A stretch of 55,803 bases of DNA from an uncultured Clostridia bacterium (GCA_947594985.1 CANQEK010000001.1:1-55803); one strand, 5' to 3'; shown: positions 30,917-41,879, numbered from the stretch's first letter. Made by a program: numbers and translations. Notes: generated by a model not told the origin, from the letters alone.

Positions 30917-31801
30917 TTATCCTTTCATAGTAGCAAGTTCATTATTTTTAAAATTTTCTATTCTAATGTTTAAAGGCGCTATAATTGCAGTTTCAACAAT
31001 TTTTGAAGCATTAAATCTACTAGCAAAAAATCTAGTTATTTTTTTAAACATTTTCGGTCTACGTATATTAATTGTCATTACTCTACTTCCAACTTCCATT
31101 GCTTCATAAATAGAATTTTTCTTTCTTTCATTAATTCTTTCTATTTCTCCATCAATCATAAATATTTCCTTTTCAATTTTTTCTATATCACTTTCATTAT
31201 TCTTTTTATCAAGAATTGTTTTTTCTAAATTATCTGAAAGATCTTGATCCAATTTTTCTACTACATCTTGTTGATCTAATATTTTAGAAATAGCAATTGG
31301 ATCTATTTGCATATCATTTTTTTTCATATATTTTACTTGCTCTAAAGCTAATTTAATATTATCTTTAAATGATTTTTTTGCACCGTCATTTTCTTTTTGA
31401 TTACTTCTTCTTGTAAGTGTTTTTTCTAAATAATCTTCATTAATAATAGCTCCAACTAAACTTGCTTGTAATTCAACTTTTCTCAATATTAATTGTTCTA
31501 TTTTTCCATCAAAAAATTCACTATATTCTTCTAAAGCTCTTTTATAATTTGCCATTGTTTCAGAAACCATTTTTTTTGTTATATCATAATTTTTAGATCC
31601 TTCTTTAAATTTAGGATTTATATCATGAATTCCAGCTTTCACAGAATTCAATTGGGCATTTACTTTTTCATTTATTAAATTTTGAGAAATTTTATCAATA
31701 TAAGCTCGTTTCACTATAGCTGCTGTCTTTATTCTAGCTTCAGATTGCTCATATAAATTTTCTAATATTCTATACTTTTGTTGTTCTTTTTCAGTTTCCA
31801 A
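30917..31801 (-). CDS. Coiled-coil hypothetical protein
   Basis: 294 aa. TTG start at 31801 preceded by GAGGAGGG. Heptad-rich, no TM. Confidence 0.65.
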   Translation of the reverse strand: METEKEQQKYRILENLYEQSEARIKTAAIVKRAYIDKISQNLINEKVNAQLNSVKAGIHDINPKFKEGSKNYDITKKMVSETMANYKRALEEYSEFFDGKIEQLILRKVELQASLVGAIINEDYLEKTLTRRSNQKENDGAKKSFKDNIKLALEQVKYMKKNDMQIDPIAISKILDQQDVVEKLDQDLSDNLEKTILDKKNNESDIEKIEKEIFMIDGEIERINERKKNSIYEAMEVGSRVMTINIRRPKMFKKITRFFASRFNASKIVETAIIAPLNIRIENFKNNELATMKG

Positions 31802-31818
31802 AGTAAAGCCCTCCTCTT

Positions 31819-31959
31819 CTATTTTATAATTTTTTTAGCTTCATCAAAACTTTTCTTTTGTTCCTCTGTAATTATTTTAAGGAGTTGCTCCATTTCTTCA
31901 GTTGACATATAATCTAAATTATATATTTTATTATTATATACAACAGTTCCTAATTTCAT
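31819..31959 (-). CDS. Small protein (46 aa), unlisted in the ORF track, positioned for translational coupling to the coiled-coil gene
   Basis: ATG at 31959, five nt after a perfect AGGAGG (31965-31970). Translation MKLGTVVYNNKIYNLDYMSTEEMEQLLKIITEEQKKSFDEAKKIIK. Its stop at 31819-31821 abuts the SD of the next gene. Confidence 0.5.
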   Translation of the reverse strand: MKLGTVVYNNKIYNLDYMSTEEMEQLLKIITEEQKKSFDEAKKIIK

Positions 31960-31985
31960 AGCTACCTCCTAAAATTTCCACTTTA

Positions 31986-32014
31986 TTTATACATTTATAT
32001 AACCAAATTGTCAA
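31986..32014 (-). promoter_or_regulatory. Sigma-A-type promoter for the small-ORF/coiled-coil pair
   Basis: Minus-strand TTGACA (32009-32014), 17-nt spacer, TATAAA (31986-31991). Confidence 0.5.
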
Positions 32015-32021
32015 TATTTTT

Positions 32022-32999
32022 TTAATAATCTATTGATTTTGTTGCTCCACCATTTTCTTTTACTCTAAACATTTGATATAATTGAGATTCGTTTTTGCTA
32101 TCATCTAAATAATATACAATTCCATTTGCTATATTAATTTTAGGTCCTTGTGTTGATATAGAAACTATAGGAACTGACTTCTTTCCTTTTAAATCACTTT
32201 TACATATTTGACCATTAACAGAATCGTAGTAATATATATTTTTACTAGTTACATTATACATCTCATTATTTACAAAAGTAGATACTGTTTTCACTTTAGA
32301 GCCATCTTTTTTTATTTTAGATAAACAATTATCCTTTTCATTATAGAAATAAATCCAATTATTTAATACTTGTATTTTTTTAATTGGGTAATCTTTACAA
32401 ATATCTTTAGAATTATCTCCATTAATTGATGTAGAATGTAAATATCCTACATTATCGGTAAAGAATATTGTTTCATCTTCTATAACAAAGTCTTGAACGT
32501 TTGATGATATTAATATTTTTTCTTCACGAGTTTCTAATGATAATTTTGCTATACCTTGTATATTTTTATTTGTAATATAATAAACATATCCATCTACAAT
32601 ATAAAACTTACTAAGAGGAGTTGATAAAGTTTTAATATTTGTTAAAGAATCACCATTAGTTTTTACTGATTTTAAATCAATTGTATTTGCACTAGATATA
32701 GTTAAATAGTATACAGTATCACCAATAACTGTAATAGATGATGCACTTTCATTAGTTATTTGATATTCTTCTCCACCTTTTAACTTTACAATTCCTTTAT
32801 CATATTTATTATAGAAAACTAAATCTCCATCTTCATAAACAAGGCCTGTATTAGCTAAATTTCCAGCTATTTTTTCTTTAGCAAAAATTAGCTTTATAAG
32901 CTTTATAAGTCCAAATAAAATTAATATAAAAATTAGGATTAAAATAATTACAATTATTACTCTTCTTGCTATTAATTTAATCTTTTTATTATTTTCCAT
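32022..32999 (-). CDS. N-terminally anchored beta-propeller-like protein (DUF5050-like repeats ending in YY/YF)
   Basis: Start at ATG 32999 (MENNKKIKL), preceded by AGGAGA. TM. Repeated blades GDTVYYLT, DGYVYYITN, DETIFFTD, NNWIYFYNE, SKNIYYYDS, NGIVYYLDD. Confidence 0.65.
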   Translation of the reverse strand: MENNKKIKLIARRVIIVIILILIFILILFGLIKLIKLIFAKEKIAGNLANTGLVYEDGDLVFYNKYDKGIVKLKGGEEYQITNESASSITVIGDTVYYLTISSANTIDLKSVKTNGDSLTNIKTLSTPLSKFYIVDGYVYYITNKNIQGIAKLSLETREEKILISSNVQDFVIEDETIFFTDNVGYLHSTSINGDNSKDICKDYPIKKIQVLNNWIYFYNEKDNCLSKIKKDGSKVKTVSTFVNNEMYNVTSKNIYYYDSVNGQICKSDLKGKKSVPIVSISTQGPKINIANGIVYYLDDSKNESQLYQMFRVKENGGATKSIDY

Positions 33000-33023
33000 T
33001 TTTACTCTCCTCATTAGAATATA

Positions 33024-35063
33024 TTATTCAACATCTGTTAAGTCAAACTCTTTATCTATTTTAAATTTATAATTATCAACTGTTATAATTGCTTCATTTT
33101 CAGTTATTGTTGTTGTTACATTATGTCCATCAATAGTTAAATCGGTTAAATCTTTAATTGTAAAATCTTGTTCATTATCTATTGCATCTCTCATCATAAT
33201 TGAAACTTTATTATATAGAGCATCACGTGCTTCATCAATAGTTATAGTTGGTTCATTGTTTGGAGTTTCTATAGTAAATCCAGATGAATTTACATTTGTA
33301 TCTAGGAAATTAAATTCTTCCATTTTATTTTTATAAACTTCTAAAATTTTCGTGTATAAATTCATTAAAGTTGTTAATCTTTCTGTTTCTGACAACTCAT
33401 CTAAAAATACACAATTATTATCATTTAAATCATTAATTTCTGGTGATACACCAAATTCAATATTATTATCAACTATTACCTTTGTTTCTAATTTGTCATT
33501 TGAAAATGTTATTACTAAATCATACTCATATTTATTAGCATTTGAATTTCCATTAACATCAAAATCTAATGTTACTTTTTGATTTATAGATTTATCTTGT
33601 ATATAACAATATTTAACATCTATAGAATTACTTGCTTCTTTTTCCACATTACTAATTTCTAAAGAAAAACCATTAACTTGATCTTTTGGTGTTTCGCTAA
33701 AATCCATTTGATTTTCTGCTGAATATGTTTCTACGTCTTCTTTAAAAATATTTAATATATTATCATCACCATTGTATAAATATGTTAATTTTATTGAATT
33801 ATCTTTTTCCTCATTTTTTAATAATTCCAAATCTAAAGTATTTTCATTTGGCAAAGTTACAGAAATTTTCTCTGTTTTTTCTTTGCTGGCATATACTGTT
33901 ATTGTTAATCCTTTTCCTTCAACTTTTTTTATTTCCTTTATAAGATTATCTATATAATTTTGTAAATCTTTTACTGTACAATTATTAATTTTTCTTCCCA
34001 AAAGAATATTAGTAAAATCTATATTTTTTTCATTCTCATTTTCTTCTTCATTTGCACTATTAGAATTTGCTGAAACAGGATCAGTACTAGAAGTTGTTCT
34101 TGATTCAAATATTGTTTCATCTTCTGTATCATCATTTTCTACAACGTTATTTTCAATAGTTTCATTATTTATATTTTCATCTTCTGAAACAATATTTTCT
34201 GAATTAGTATTTTCTGAATCATTATTGTCTAAATCTTTTGAATCAACAATTAATTTTTCTAATAATTGTTGATCATTTTTTAACGTTTCTAACTCTTTTA
34301 TAAGCAATTCTTTTAGTTTTTCTTGACTTAATTGTAAAGTATAAGAAGTAACCTCTACATTACCAGAACTTTTTTCTATACTAATATTTTCTTGAGTAGA
34401 AAATTCTTCTTCATTTAAGTCGTTTATAATTAAATCTATATATTTCTTTAAATATTCTTTCTTTTCATCATTTGTTAAATCTATTTTTTGAGCATTTCTT
34501 ATATTATCTATTTCTTTTTTTAAATCAAAATCTAGATCGAATAGTTCTTTAGATTTATCAAGATGTAATCCTATATATTTATCAGATACTTCATCTGAGA
34601 AAATACCTATTTCATTTTCAGCAAATACTAAATTTGTTTTTAATATTTGATTTCCAGAATAAGCTAATGTTAATTCTGAAAAATTTTTATAGTCTTTCAC
34701 ATCATTTCTAGTAACTAAATCTACAGATAAATTACTTATATCTATATTATCTACTTCTTCATTAGAAGAAAATGTTATTTTACTAGTATTTTCACTATTT
34801 TCTTTTACAGCTTTATCTGATATACTTTTTAATATATCACTTGAAAACAAATTCTTTACATTTGCATTAGAAATACTTTTTATAAATAAATCTTTGTTAG
34901 AAATAGGTATTGAAGTGAAAATTTTATATCCAATAAGTAGCGCCACTAATAATAATAGTAATATAATAAATGCTATTTTTATACCTTTTTTCCCTTTTTT
35001 TCTATTACCAGTGTCATTTGCTCCTATTAGAATATCTTCAATCACATCATTATTTTCATCCAT
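33024..35063 (-). CDS. Large N-terminally anchored hypothetical protein with acidic low-complexity insert
   Basis: 679-aa ORF. TM IKIAFIILLLLLVALLIGYKIF. Asn/Glu/Asp-rich central region. Confidence 0.65.
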   Translation of the reverse strand: MDENNDVIEDILIGANDTGNRKKGKKGIKIAFIILLLLLVALLIGYKIFTSIPISNKDLFIKSISNANVKNLFSSDILKSISDKAVKENSENTSKITFSSNEEVDNIDISNLSVDLVTRNDVKDYKNFSELTLAYSGNQILKTNLVFAENEIGIFSDEVSDKYIGLHLDKSKELFDLDFDLKKEIDNIRNAQKIDLTNDEKKEYLKKYIDLIINDLNEEEFSTQENISIEKSSGNVEVTSYTLQLSQEKLKELLIKELETLKNDQQLLEKLIVDSKDLDNNDSENTNSENIVSEDENINNETIENNVVENDDTEDETIFESRTTSSTDPVSANSNSANEEENENEKNIDFTNILLGRKINNCTVKDLQNYIDNLIKEIKKVEGKGLTITVYASKEKTEKISVTLPNENTLDLELLKNEEKDNSIKLTYLYNGDDNILNIFKEDVETYSAENQMDFSETPKDQVNGFSLEISNVEKEASNSIDVKYCYIQDKSINQKVTLDFDVNGNSNANKYEYDLVITFSNDKLETKVIVDNNIEFGVSPEINDLNDNNCVFLDELSETERLTTLMNLYTKILEVYKNKMEEFNFLDTNVNSSGFTIETPNNEPTITIDEARDALYNKVSIMMRDAIDNEQDFTIKDLTDLTIDGHNVTTTITENEAIITVDNYKFKIDKEFDLTDVE

Positions 35064-35244
35064 AATAAATTCTATTCCTTTCTTGCTTCGCTCGGAAGGC
35101 GCCTATAGTTTGGTATTACATATAATTTTGCTTTATTTTTTATAAAATTTTTTCAAACTATTTCCCTCTCTTTTTAATATTATATATTATATATAATATT
35201 TTCTAAAATAACAATATAAATTTATATATTTTTTTACATAAAAT

Positions 35245-35276
35245 ACACAAAAAAAGCGTTACTTAATAACGCTTTT
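35245..35276 (-). terminator. Rho-independent terminator after spoVG
   Basis: Minus-strand AAAGCGTTA-ttaag-TAACGCTTT followed by TTTTTG. Confidence 0.75.
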
Positions 35277-35295
35277 CGAAATCCAATTTAAACTA

Positions 35296-35595
35296 CTATG
35301 CTTCTGTTTTAGCACTAGCTGTTTCTGCTTCTTCTCCTTCAGCATCAGGAGCTTCATAAGCTTCTAAAATTGCTTTTTGAATTTTTTCTCTTGTTTCAGC
35401 ATTAATTGGATGAGCTATATCTTTAAATTCTCCGTTTGGAGTTTTTTTACTTGGCATAGCTATAAATAATCCATTTTGACTTTCAATAACTTTGATATCA
35501 TGAACTACAAATTCACCATCGAATGTTACAGAAGCTACTGCTTTCATTCTGTTTTCTAAATTTACTTTTCTTAAACGTACATCTGTTATTTGCAT
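35296..35595 (-). CDS. spoVG: Septation/sporulation regulator SpoVG
   Basis: Start at ATG 35595 ([11 protein letters not shown]), preceded by AAAGAGGTG. Motifs ...[21 protein letters not shown]...GLFIAMPS...DIAHPIN. Confidence 0.92.
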   Translation of the reverse strand: MQITDVRLRKVNLENRMKAVASVTFDGEFVVHDIKVIESQNGLFIAMPSKKTPNGEFKDIAHPINAETREKIQKAILEAYEAPDAEGEEAETASAKTEA

Positions 35596-35776
35596 TTTAG
35601 GCACCTCTTTCTTCTAGTTTTAGTACATACATTTTTCAATCTATGTACTAATAAAATTATTCTACAATAAAAGTTTTTTTCCTTCTTTTTTTTGTATATT
35701 TTTCATTCTTTTTTATTTATAACTAAATTATGACTAATTTTGTTGGATTTTGACAATTGAATTTTAATTAATTTGC

Positions 35777-35805
35777 TTGAAATTGTTAGCATATAATAGT
35801 ATAAT
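35777..35805 (+). promoter_or_regulatory. Sigma-A-type promoter of murC
   Basis: TTGAAA (35777-35782), 17-nt spacer, TATAAT (35800-35805), 25 nt upstream of the murC start. Confidence 0.55.
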
Positions 35806-35829
35806 TTCTATATATTTTAGGAGGAAAAA

Positions 35830-37215
35830 ATGGATTTAGAAACAATAGATTTAAAAAAATATAATCATATTCACCTAATTGGTATCGGTGGAATAAGTAT
35901 GAGTGCAATTGCAGAAACATTAAAAAATTGGGGATATATGGTTACTGGTTCTGATATTGCTAGAAGCAAAATAACAGATAATTTAAATAGTCATAATATA
36001 GCAACTACTATTGGTCATGATTTAAATAATTCACAAAAAGCTGATTTAATTATATATTCAGCTGCAATAAGTGAACAAGATCCGGAAATATTAATAGCTA
36101 AAAAAAATAATATTCCTATTGTTGGTAGAGGTGAATTTGTTGGTTATTTAACAAAAATGTATAAAGAAACAATTTGTATATCTGGTACACATGGAAAAAC
36201 AACTACTACCTCTATGATTTCACTATGTTTTATTAATGCAGAAAAAGATCCTACAATTGAGGTCGGTGCTATTCTAAATTCAATTGGAGGAAATTATCGT
36301 ATTGGAAATAGTGATTATTTTATTTTAGAAGCTTGTGAATATAAAGCAAATTTTTTAAAATTTTTTCCTAAAACTGAAATTATCTTAAACATTGATAATG
36401 ACCATCTAGATTACTATAAAAATTTTGATAATATAATAAAAACTTTTAATGAATTTGCTTTGCTATTAAATGAAAACTGTCTCCTAGTTACAAATGCTGA
36501 TGATATCAATTGTTATAATTTAAAAAATATTGTAAAATCCAAATTTATTTCTTACGGTATAGATAATTCAAATGCTGATTTTATTGCAAAAAATATTTAT
36601 TATAATGATGATGGCTTTCCTAAATTTGATGTTTATAAAAATAATAATTTCTATACTACTGTAGAACTTTCAGTAGCCGGAAAGCATAATATTCTAAACG
36701 CTTTAGCATGTATAGCAGTATGTGATTACTATCAAATCTCAAAAGATATTATAAGTAAATCACTAAAACAATTTACTGGCGCTGGAAGAAGATTAGAATT
36801 TAAAGGAAAACTACAAAATAATGTAAGTATTTTTGATGATTATGCTCACCATCCTACTGAAATTATGGCTACAGCAAATGCTATTAAAAATAAAAAATAT
36901 AATAAATCATGGGTAATTTTTCAACCACATACCTACAGTAGAACTAAATTATTGCTTAATGATTTTGCAAATTCACTTTCAGAATTTGATAACATTATTA
37001 TTGTAGATATCTATGCTGCACGTGAAGAAAATATTTATAATATTTCATCAAAAGATTTAGTTGAAATAATTAATTCAAAAGGAAAAAAAGCTCTATATAT
37101 TCCTAATTTTGATGAAGTTGTTTCTTATATAAAAAATAATACTAGTGAAAATGATATAGTTATAACATTAGGTGCCGGAACTGTTACAGAAATCGGAACA
37201 ATGCTTTTAAAATAG
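35830..37215 (+). CDS. murC: UDP-N-acetylmuramate--L-alanine ligase
   Basis: 461 aa with AGGAGGA SD. HLIGIGGISMSAIAE, GTHGKTTTTSM, DDYAHHPTEI motifs. Confidence 0.93.
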   Translation: MDLETIDLKKYNHIHLIGIGGISMSAIAETLKNWGYMVTGSDIARSKITDNLNSHNIATTIGHDLNNSQKADLIIYSAAISEQDPEILIAKKNNIPIVGRGEFVGYLTKMYKETICISGTHGKTTTTSMISLCFINAEKDPTIEVGAILNSIGGNYRIGNSDYFILEACEYKANFLKFFPKTEIILNIDNDHLDYYKNFDNIIKTFNEFALLLNENCLLVTNADDINCYNLKNIVKSKFISYGIDNSNADFIAKNIYYNDDGFPKFDVYKNNNFYTTVELSVAGKHNILNALACIAVCDYYQISKDIISKSLKQFTGAGRRLEFKGKLQNNVSIFDDYAHHPTEIMATANAIKNKKYNKSWVIFQPHTYSRTKLLLNDFANSLSEFDNIIIVDIYAAREENIYNISSKDLVEIINSKGKKALYIPNFDEVVSYIKNNTSENDIVITLGAGTVTEIGTMLLK

Positions 37216-37258
37216 AAAAATGAGAAATTAGCAGATATCTTGTTAATTTCTCATTTTT
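37216..37258. terminator. Bidirectional terminator between murC and the convergent 37296-38330 gene
   Basis: AAAAATGAGAAATTA (37216-37230) / TAATTTCTCATTTTT (37244-37258). Confidence 0.75.
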
Positions 37259-37295
37259 AACAAATATTTTAAACATTTCTAGTTATATAAATAAA

Positions 37296-38330
37296 TCATT
37301 TATATAAAACTGTTCTAAAACTTAAAATAGTATTACCTGAAAAACTACTGTCACTTTCAAGAATAGATAATCTATCAAATTCATACATTTCAAGTCCCAT
37401 TTCTTCTACTATCATTTTAGTATCTTTGTTTACAATATATGGAAATCCTCTTATTATTACTGTTCCATAACTATTTTCCATAGTAATTTCCATTACATTA
37501 TCCATAAAATCATAAATATTATTGTATTTCTTTCTTCCTGTATAAATCTTTTCATTAGTAGCATCAATAATATCTATATCTGCAACATTTGTACTATTTA
37601 TCCATTCTAATGTTGTATCATAAGCATATCCATTAATTAATTTACAATTAATTCCTTCTTGTTTATACATATTACTAACAATTTCTAAAGATTGATTAAT
37701 TGTTACATTGCTCCACACTTCTGAATTAGCTTTTGAAACGGGTTTTTCATTTTCTTTTCCTATTTCAAATCTAGATATATAAAAACCTCCATTTTCTAGA
37801 GCACTATTTACAAAATCTTTATATTCTAAATCAGCACATAAATCTTTGCTAATTAAAGGGTCTGATGAATTATTTCTCTTTTCTAATTTAACAAATTCTG
37901 TATTATCTTTATTTGTACAAGGAACCCAAACATATTGATTCTTATTTTCATCTTGTATTACAAATCCTGTATTCCAAGTTCCTTCAACATATTCAAAATT
38001 TTCTGGAATATATGGTTCTTCTGGCTTTTGATTTTTATATTCTTTTTTTATTGCATTACTATAAAAATCTATTTCCTCAGAAATTAATTGATCATATTTA
38101 GAATTTTCTCTATCAAACTCTTTTTTTGAACTAATATCTTTTAAAATGGATATAATTTGATAAATTACAAATATAATACTAATAATTATTATACAAATTT
38201 TTATTATAAAAACTATTTTATTATAATATTTTTTTTTCTTTAACTTTATTAAAAAGCTTTTAATAAGTTTACTTTTAATAAAATATATCATTATTATATA
38301 TGCTACTATAATAATTATTAGTTTTTCCAT
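37296..38330 (-). CDS. Membrane-anchored protein with possible FGE-sulfatase (SUMF1)-like extracytoplasmic domain
   Basis: 344 aa with two N-terminal TMs. GGFYISRFEIGKEN motif resembles the GGFYIGKYEVT signature of the FGE-sulfatase fold. The functional assignment is weak. Confidence 0.5.
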   Translation of the reverse strand: MEKLIIIIVAYIIMIYFIKSKLIKSFLIKLKKKKYYNKIVFIIKICIIIISIIFVIYQIISILKDISSKKEFDRENSKYDQLISEEIDFYSNAIKKEYKNQKPEEPYIPENFEYVEGTWNTGFVIQDENKNQYVWVPCTNKDNTEFVKLEKRNNSSDPLISKDLCADLEYKDFVNSALENGGFYISRFEIGKENEKPVSKANSEVWSNVTINQSLEIVSNMYKQEGINCKLINGYAYDTTLEWINSTNVADIDIIDATNEKIYTGRKKYNNIYDFMDNVMEITMENSYGTVIIRGFPYIVNKDTKMIVEEMGLEMYEFDRLSILESDSSFSGNTILSFRTVLYK

Positions 38331-38393
38331 CTATTCTCCCATTTATATCACATTTTATAACTTTATATTTTTATTATAATAATAATTAATTTT

Positions 38394-39590
38394 TTAGTCA
38401 ATTCTATTTAATTCTTTTATCATTAAATCGCCAAATATTGCATAACCAATTTCCGGATTCGATATAAGAACGTTTGTAACTGCACCAATGAACTTCCCAT
38501 TTTGTACAATTGGTGCTCCTGAAAGTCCTCTTATTATTCCTCCGGTTTGATTTATTAATTCATTATCTGTAACTCTTATTAACATACTTTTATTATTGTA
38601 ATTATTATCTTTATATATTTTTTCGATTTCTATATCATATTCTTTAGATGTATTATTATCTAGAGAGCAAATAATACTTGCTTTTCCAAGTTCAATCTCA
38701 TCTCTTAAAGCAACTTGCATTTTTTTACTTATATCTATATTTAAACTTGTAAGATTTTTTAATTTGCCAAAAACTCCAAATTGAGAATTTTTAAAAATAT
38801 TTCCAATTGTTGGCTGACCTACTATTGTTCCTTTAATTTCTCCTGGTATCCCCATTGCTCCTTTCTTTAGAGAAATTATTTTAGAAGTTACTAAATCGCC
38901 ATAATCTATATTAATTAAATTATCTGTATCATTATCTGTAATTCCATGTCCTAATATAGCAAAATAATTATTTGTTGGTTCATAAAAAGTCATTGTTCCA
39001 ACTCCTGTAGCTGCATCTTTTACCCAAAGTCCTAACTTATATTCTGCACTATCTGTTTCAATTGGAACTATACTTGTTGTTACAACCGTACCATTTCTTA
39101 ATATTGTAAGATTTAAATTTTTACCATTTGATTTATTTACAACTTCTTTTAATGAATCAATATTTTCTATTTCATTATTATCTATTTTTAAAATTGTATC
39201 TCCTGCCTTAATATCAGAATTCTCATATGGCTTGTTAAGGATATTATTCTTATCCTCAATTTCTGACATTCCAACAACTAAAACACCATTTGTATATAAT
39301 TTTAAGCCAATTATTTTTCCAACTGGAACAACATCTATATTATCCAATGTAGTAACTGTAATATTTTTTAATAAAACTTTTCCTAACATTCTAATTTCAA
39401 TATTACTTATATCTGAATTATTATTAGATGTTTTTGTTGTTTCTATTATTTCTATTCCAGGAAGTTTTTTTATGCTATATTCTTCTCCATTTATTAAAAC
39501 TATATTTTTAGGAATAAGAGTAATATAACTTACATAAACATATACTATACTTAAAAAAATAATGGTTAATATAAATTTTACTTTTTTCAT
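38394..39590 (-). CDS. spoIVB: Stage IV sporulation signalling serine peptidase SpoIVB (S55, PDZ)
   Basis: 398 aa with N-terminal TM. PDZ (GDTILKIDNNEI). GVGTMTFYEP...AILGHGITD and GLSGAPIVQNGKFIGAVT motifs. Confidence 0.85.
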   Translation of the reverse strand: MKKVKFILTIIFLSIVYVYVSYITLIPKNIVLINGEEYSIKKLPGIEIIETTKTSNNNSDISNIEIRMLGKVLLKNITVTTLDNIDVVPVGKIIGLKLYTNGVLVVGMSEIEDKNNILNKPYENSDIKAGDTILKIDNNEIENIDSLKEVVNKSNGKNLNLTILRNGTVVTTSIVPIETDSAEYKLGLWVKDAATGVGTMTFYEPTNNYFAILGHGITDNDTDNLINIDYGDLVTSKIISLKKGAMGIPGEIKGTIVGQPTIGNIFKNSQFGVFGKLKNLTSLNIDISKKMQVALRDEIELGKASIICSLDNNTSKEYDIEIEKIYKDNNYNNKSMLIRVTDNELINQTGGIIRGLSGAPIVQNGKFIGAVTNVLISNPEIGYAIFGDLMIKELNRID

Positions 39591-39677
39591 AAAATTATAT
39601 TAACCATTTATAATTATTTTATTTATAAATTTATAAGCTTTTTATAATACTTTCATCATTTTTATTTATAAATTACT

Positions 39678-41852
39678 TTAACACCGTATAATTCTATCTT
39701 GAATCTTTCCCGTAATATCTACATGAACATCTTCTGATTTAATTCTTTGAAAAACTAATTTACTAAAAACATCTTCTCCAGTCACATCTGAATCAAGATT
39801 AATTATTACAGTATTTATATTAGCTGAGTTATTAACAAATAAAACTGATTCTGTATTTAATTTTGTTGAGCCATCATAAATATCACAAGAAAAAAGTGCA
39901 GTAGATGATTCTTCATTATCAATTAATCCTTGATATGTAATCTCAAGAGCTTTAACTGTACTAAATTTAATAGACTTTTCATTTAGTTCATCTGTAACAA
40001 TTTCATAACCTTGAGAATTTTCAACAGCATTCATTTTATATAAATTATTCCTGCATTTTGCTACACCAATATAATAAGCCGTTCTTAAACTTTGTTTTTT
40101 CTTTTTTGTATCAATATTATCACCATCATTATCAACAAAAATATCAGAACTTGTATAATTACCATCATTTATGCAGTCATAACAAGCAATATTTTGATGA
40201 TCATAATTATATTTTGAATTAGTATCATCATATATTTTATCATATTTTACTTCTTTAGAAGTAAATGCTATATATTCATCATTGATTCCTGTACAATTAT
40301 TCAATAGCTTTTCACAATCAATTTTATGATATTCTGTTGATTGATTATTAAAGTCACCTTTCTTTACATAATAAATATAATCTTTATCAACAGAAATTTC
40401 ATTATTAATACTTGATACTATTTTATAATTATTATATGTTTTCAACCCGCAACTATATCCTTGCATAAATGAAACAATTGATACATTTGTTAATATCTTA
40501 TCCCATTCTTCATCTGATATAACTGGCATAGCATAATCAGAAGCAATTGATGAAACATTAGCATTATATGTAGACATTGCTAAATTTAAATTATATTGGA
40601 TAGAATTTTTTATTACATTTAATTTATGATTATAAAAACTTGAATCTTTTGCAAATTCTCCTATTCTATTTTCAGAATTTTCTGATGTATTAAAGATATG
40701 CATATCACTATTAAAATTATGAGTAGTATCTTCTTCCCCATTTATAGATTGATATTTAATTCCAGAAATCTCAACTAAATCACTTTCTCGAATATCTGTT
40801 AAATTTTCATATACCCAATCAGAAAATATTTTTGCTTTTGTATAATATACAACAGCAGACATCTTATCTAATTTATATTGAATATCATTATCAGTTGGAT
40901 TTTCTATTAACTGTTCTTCTAAAGCTTTTTTTTCTTCTCCTGCATCACTTATAATTGTTATTTTATTATTACTATCAGGTAACGTTACTGTAAATTGATT
41001 TCCTTGTTCAATATATTCTTGAACATCATTCTGATTATAATTTGATGAATCTAAATCAAGTTTATTATTATTTGAATCGAATAATTCTATATTACTAGTA
41101 TCTTGATATGGTAACAAATATCCAGATTTTGTATAATAAATTTCATTAATTGTTCCTTCCACCGTTATATAATTATCTAACGTATATATGATAGTTACAT
41201 CAATTTTATTAGTTTCATTGATATATCGAGCAGAATATGGCATGTATGTTTTTAAAACATTTTTAGTTTCAAATTTTGCCTTAGTGATATCTGCAGTATA
41301 TTTTGAATCACTTGTATCATTGCCTAAATAATATAATAATTGTCCGTAATCTAATTTATTCTGTTCCTCCAGATCGTCATAAGATAAATATTTATCATTG
41401 CTAACGTATTTATAATGGTCGCCTTCTTTTGTAACTCCCTTATCTCCAACAGAAACAGCATTTCCTTCAGAGTCAGTTAAAACTATCGGCACTTTCGTAG
41501 GAGAATTAATGTAATATCCATCATATAATGTATATAAAATTGCTGGTACATAAGGTTCTACATATGATTTACTAGCATTTGATATTCCAAAATTTGTTGC
41601 CATTGTACTAAAAAAAACATTTGTAGATGCTTCTATTATTGTACGTAAAGAATCCGACACAGATGACAATTGTTCATTTGCTGTATTTATTTCAAATGCA
41701 GACATTGCATCATATGTCGATTTCAATAATTTTGAATCATATTGATTTTGTAAATTAATTGTATCTACTTGTAATTGTATGTAATAAGTTAATACTAAGA
41801 TTATAGGTAATACAATTAAAGCAAATAAAACACCTAAACCTTGTAATCTCAT
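39678..41852 (-). CDS. Large N-terminally anchored protein, last gene of the Tad-like locus (TadG-like/tip-adhesin candidate)
   Basis: 724 aa with GAAGGAAG SD. N-terminus MRLQGLGVLFALIVLPIILVL resembles TadG-type N-termini. Cys-rich segment near residues 515-560. Confidence 0.5.
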   Translation of the reverse strand: MRLQGLGVLFALIVLPIILVLTYYIQLQVDTINLQNQYDSKLLKSTYDAMSAFEINTANEQLSSVSDSLRTIIEASTNVFFSTMATNFGISNASKSYVEPYVPAILYTLYDGYYINSPTKVPIVLTDSEGNAVSVGDKGVTKEGDHYKYVSNDKYLSYDDLEEQNKLDYGQLLYYLGNDTSDSKYTADITKAKFETKNVLKTYMPYSARYINETNKIDVTIIYTLDNYITVEGTINEIYYTKSGYLLPYQDTSNIELFDSNNNKLDLDSSNYNQNDVQEYIEQGNQFTVTLPDSNNKITIISDAGEEKKALEEQLIENPTDNDIQYKLDKMSAVVYYTKAKIFSDWVYENLTDIRESDLVEISGIKYQSINGEEDTTHNFNSDMHIFNTSENSENRIGEFAKDSSFYNHKLNVIKNSIQYNLNLAMSTYNANVSSIASDYAMPVISDEEWDKILTNVSIVSFMQGYSCGLKTYNNYKIVSSINNEISVDKDYIYYVKKGDFNNQSTEYHKIDCEKLLNNCTGINDEYIAFTSKEVKYDKIYDDTNSKYNYDHQNIACYDCINDGNYTSSDIFVDNDGDNIDTKKKKQSLRTAYYIGVAKCRNNLYKMNAVENSQGYEIVTDELNEKSIKFSTVKALEITYQGLIDNEESSTALFSCDIYDGSTKLNTESVLFVNNSANINTVIINLDSDVTGEDVFSKLVFQRIKSEDVHVDITGKIQDRIIRC

Positions 41853-41879
41853 TTATAACTTCCTTCTAATTATTATTCT

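Noticed and set aside
38394-39590. The peptidase gene immediately downstream of the Tad-like locus as the missing prepilin peptidase.
   Set aside because: It has the PDZ plus S55 serine-peptidase motifs of SpoIVB and a single TM. It is not the polytopic two-Asp architecture of A24/TadV/FlaK-type prepilin peptidases.
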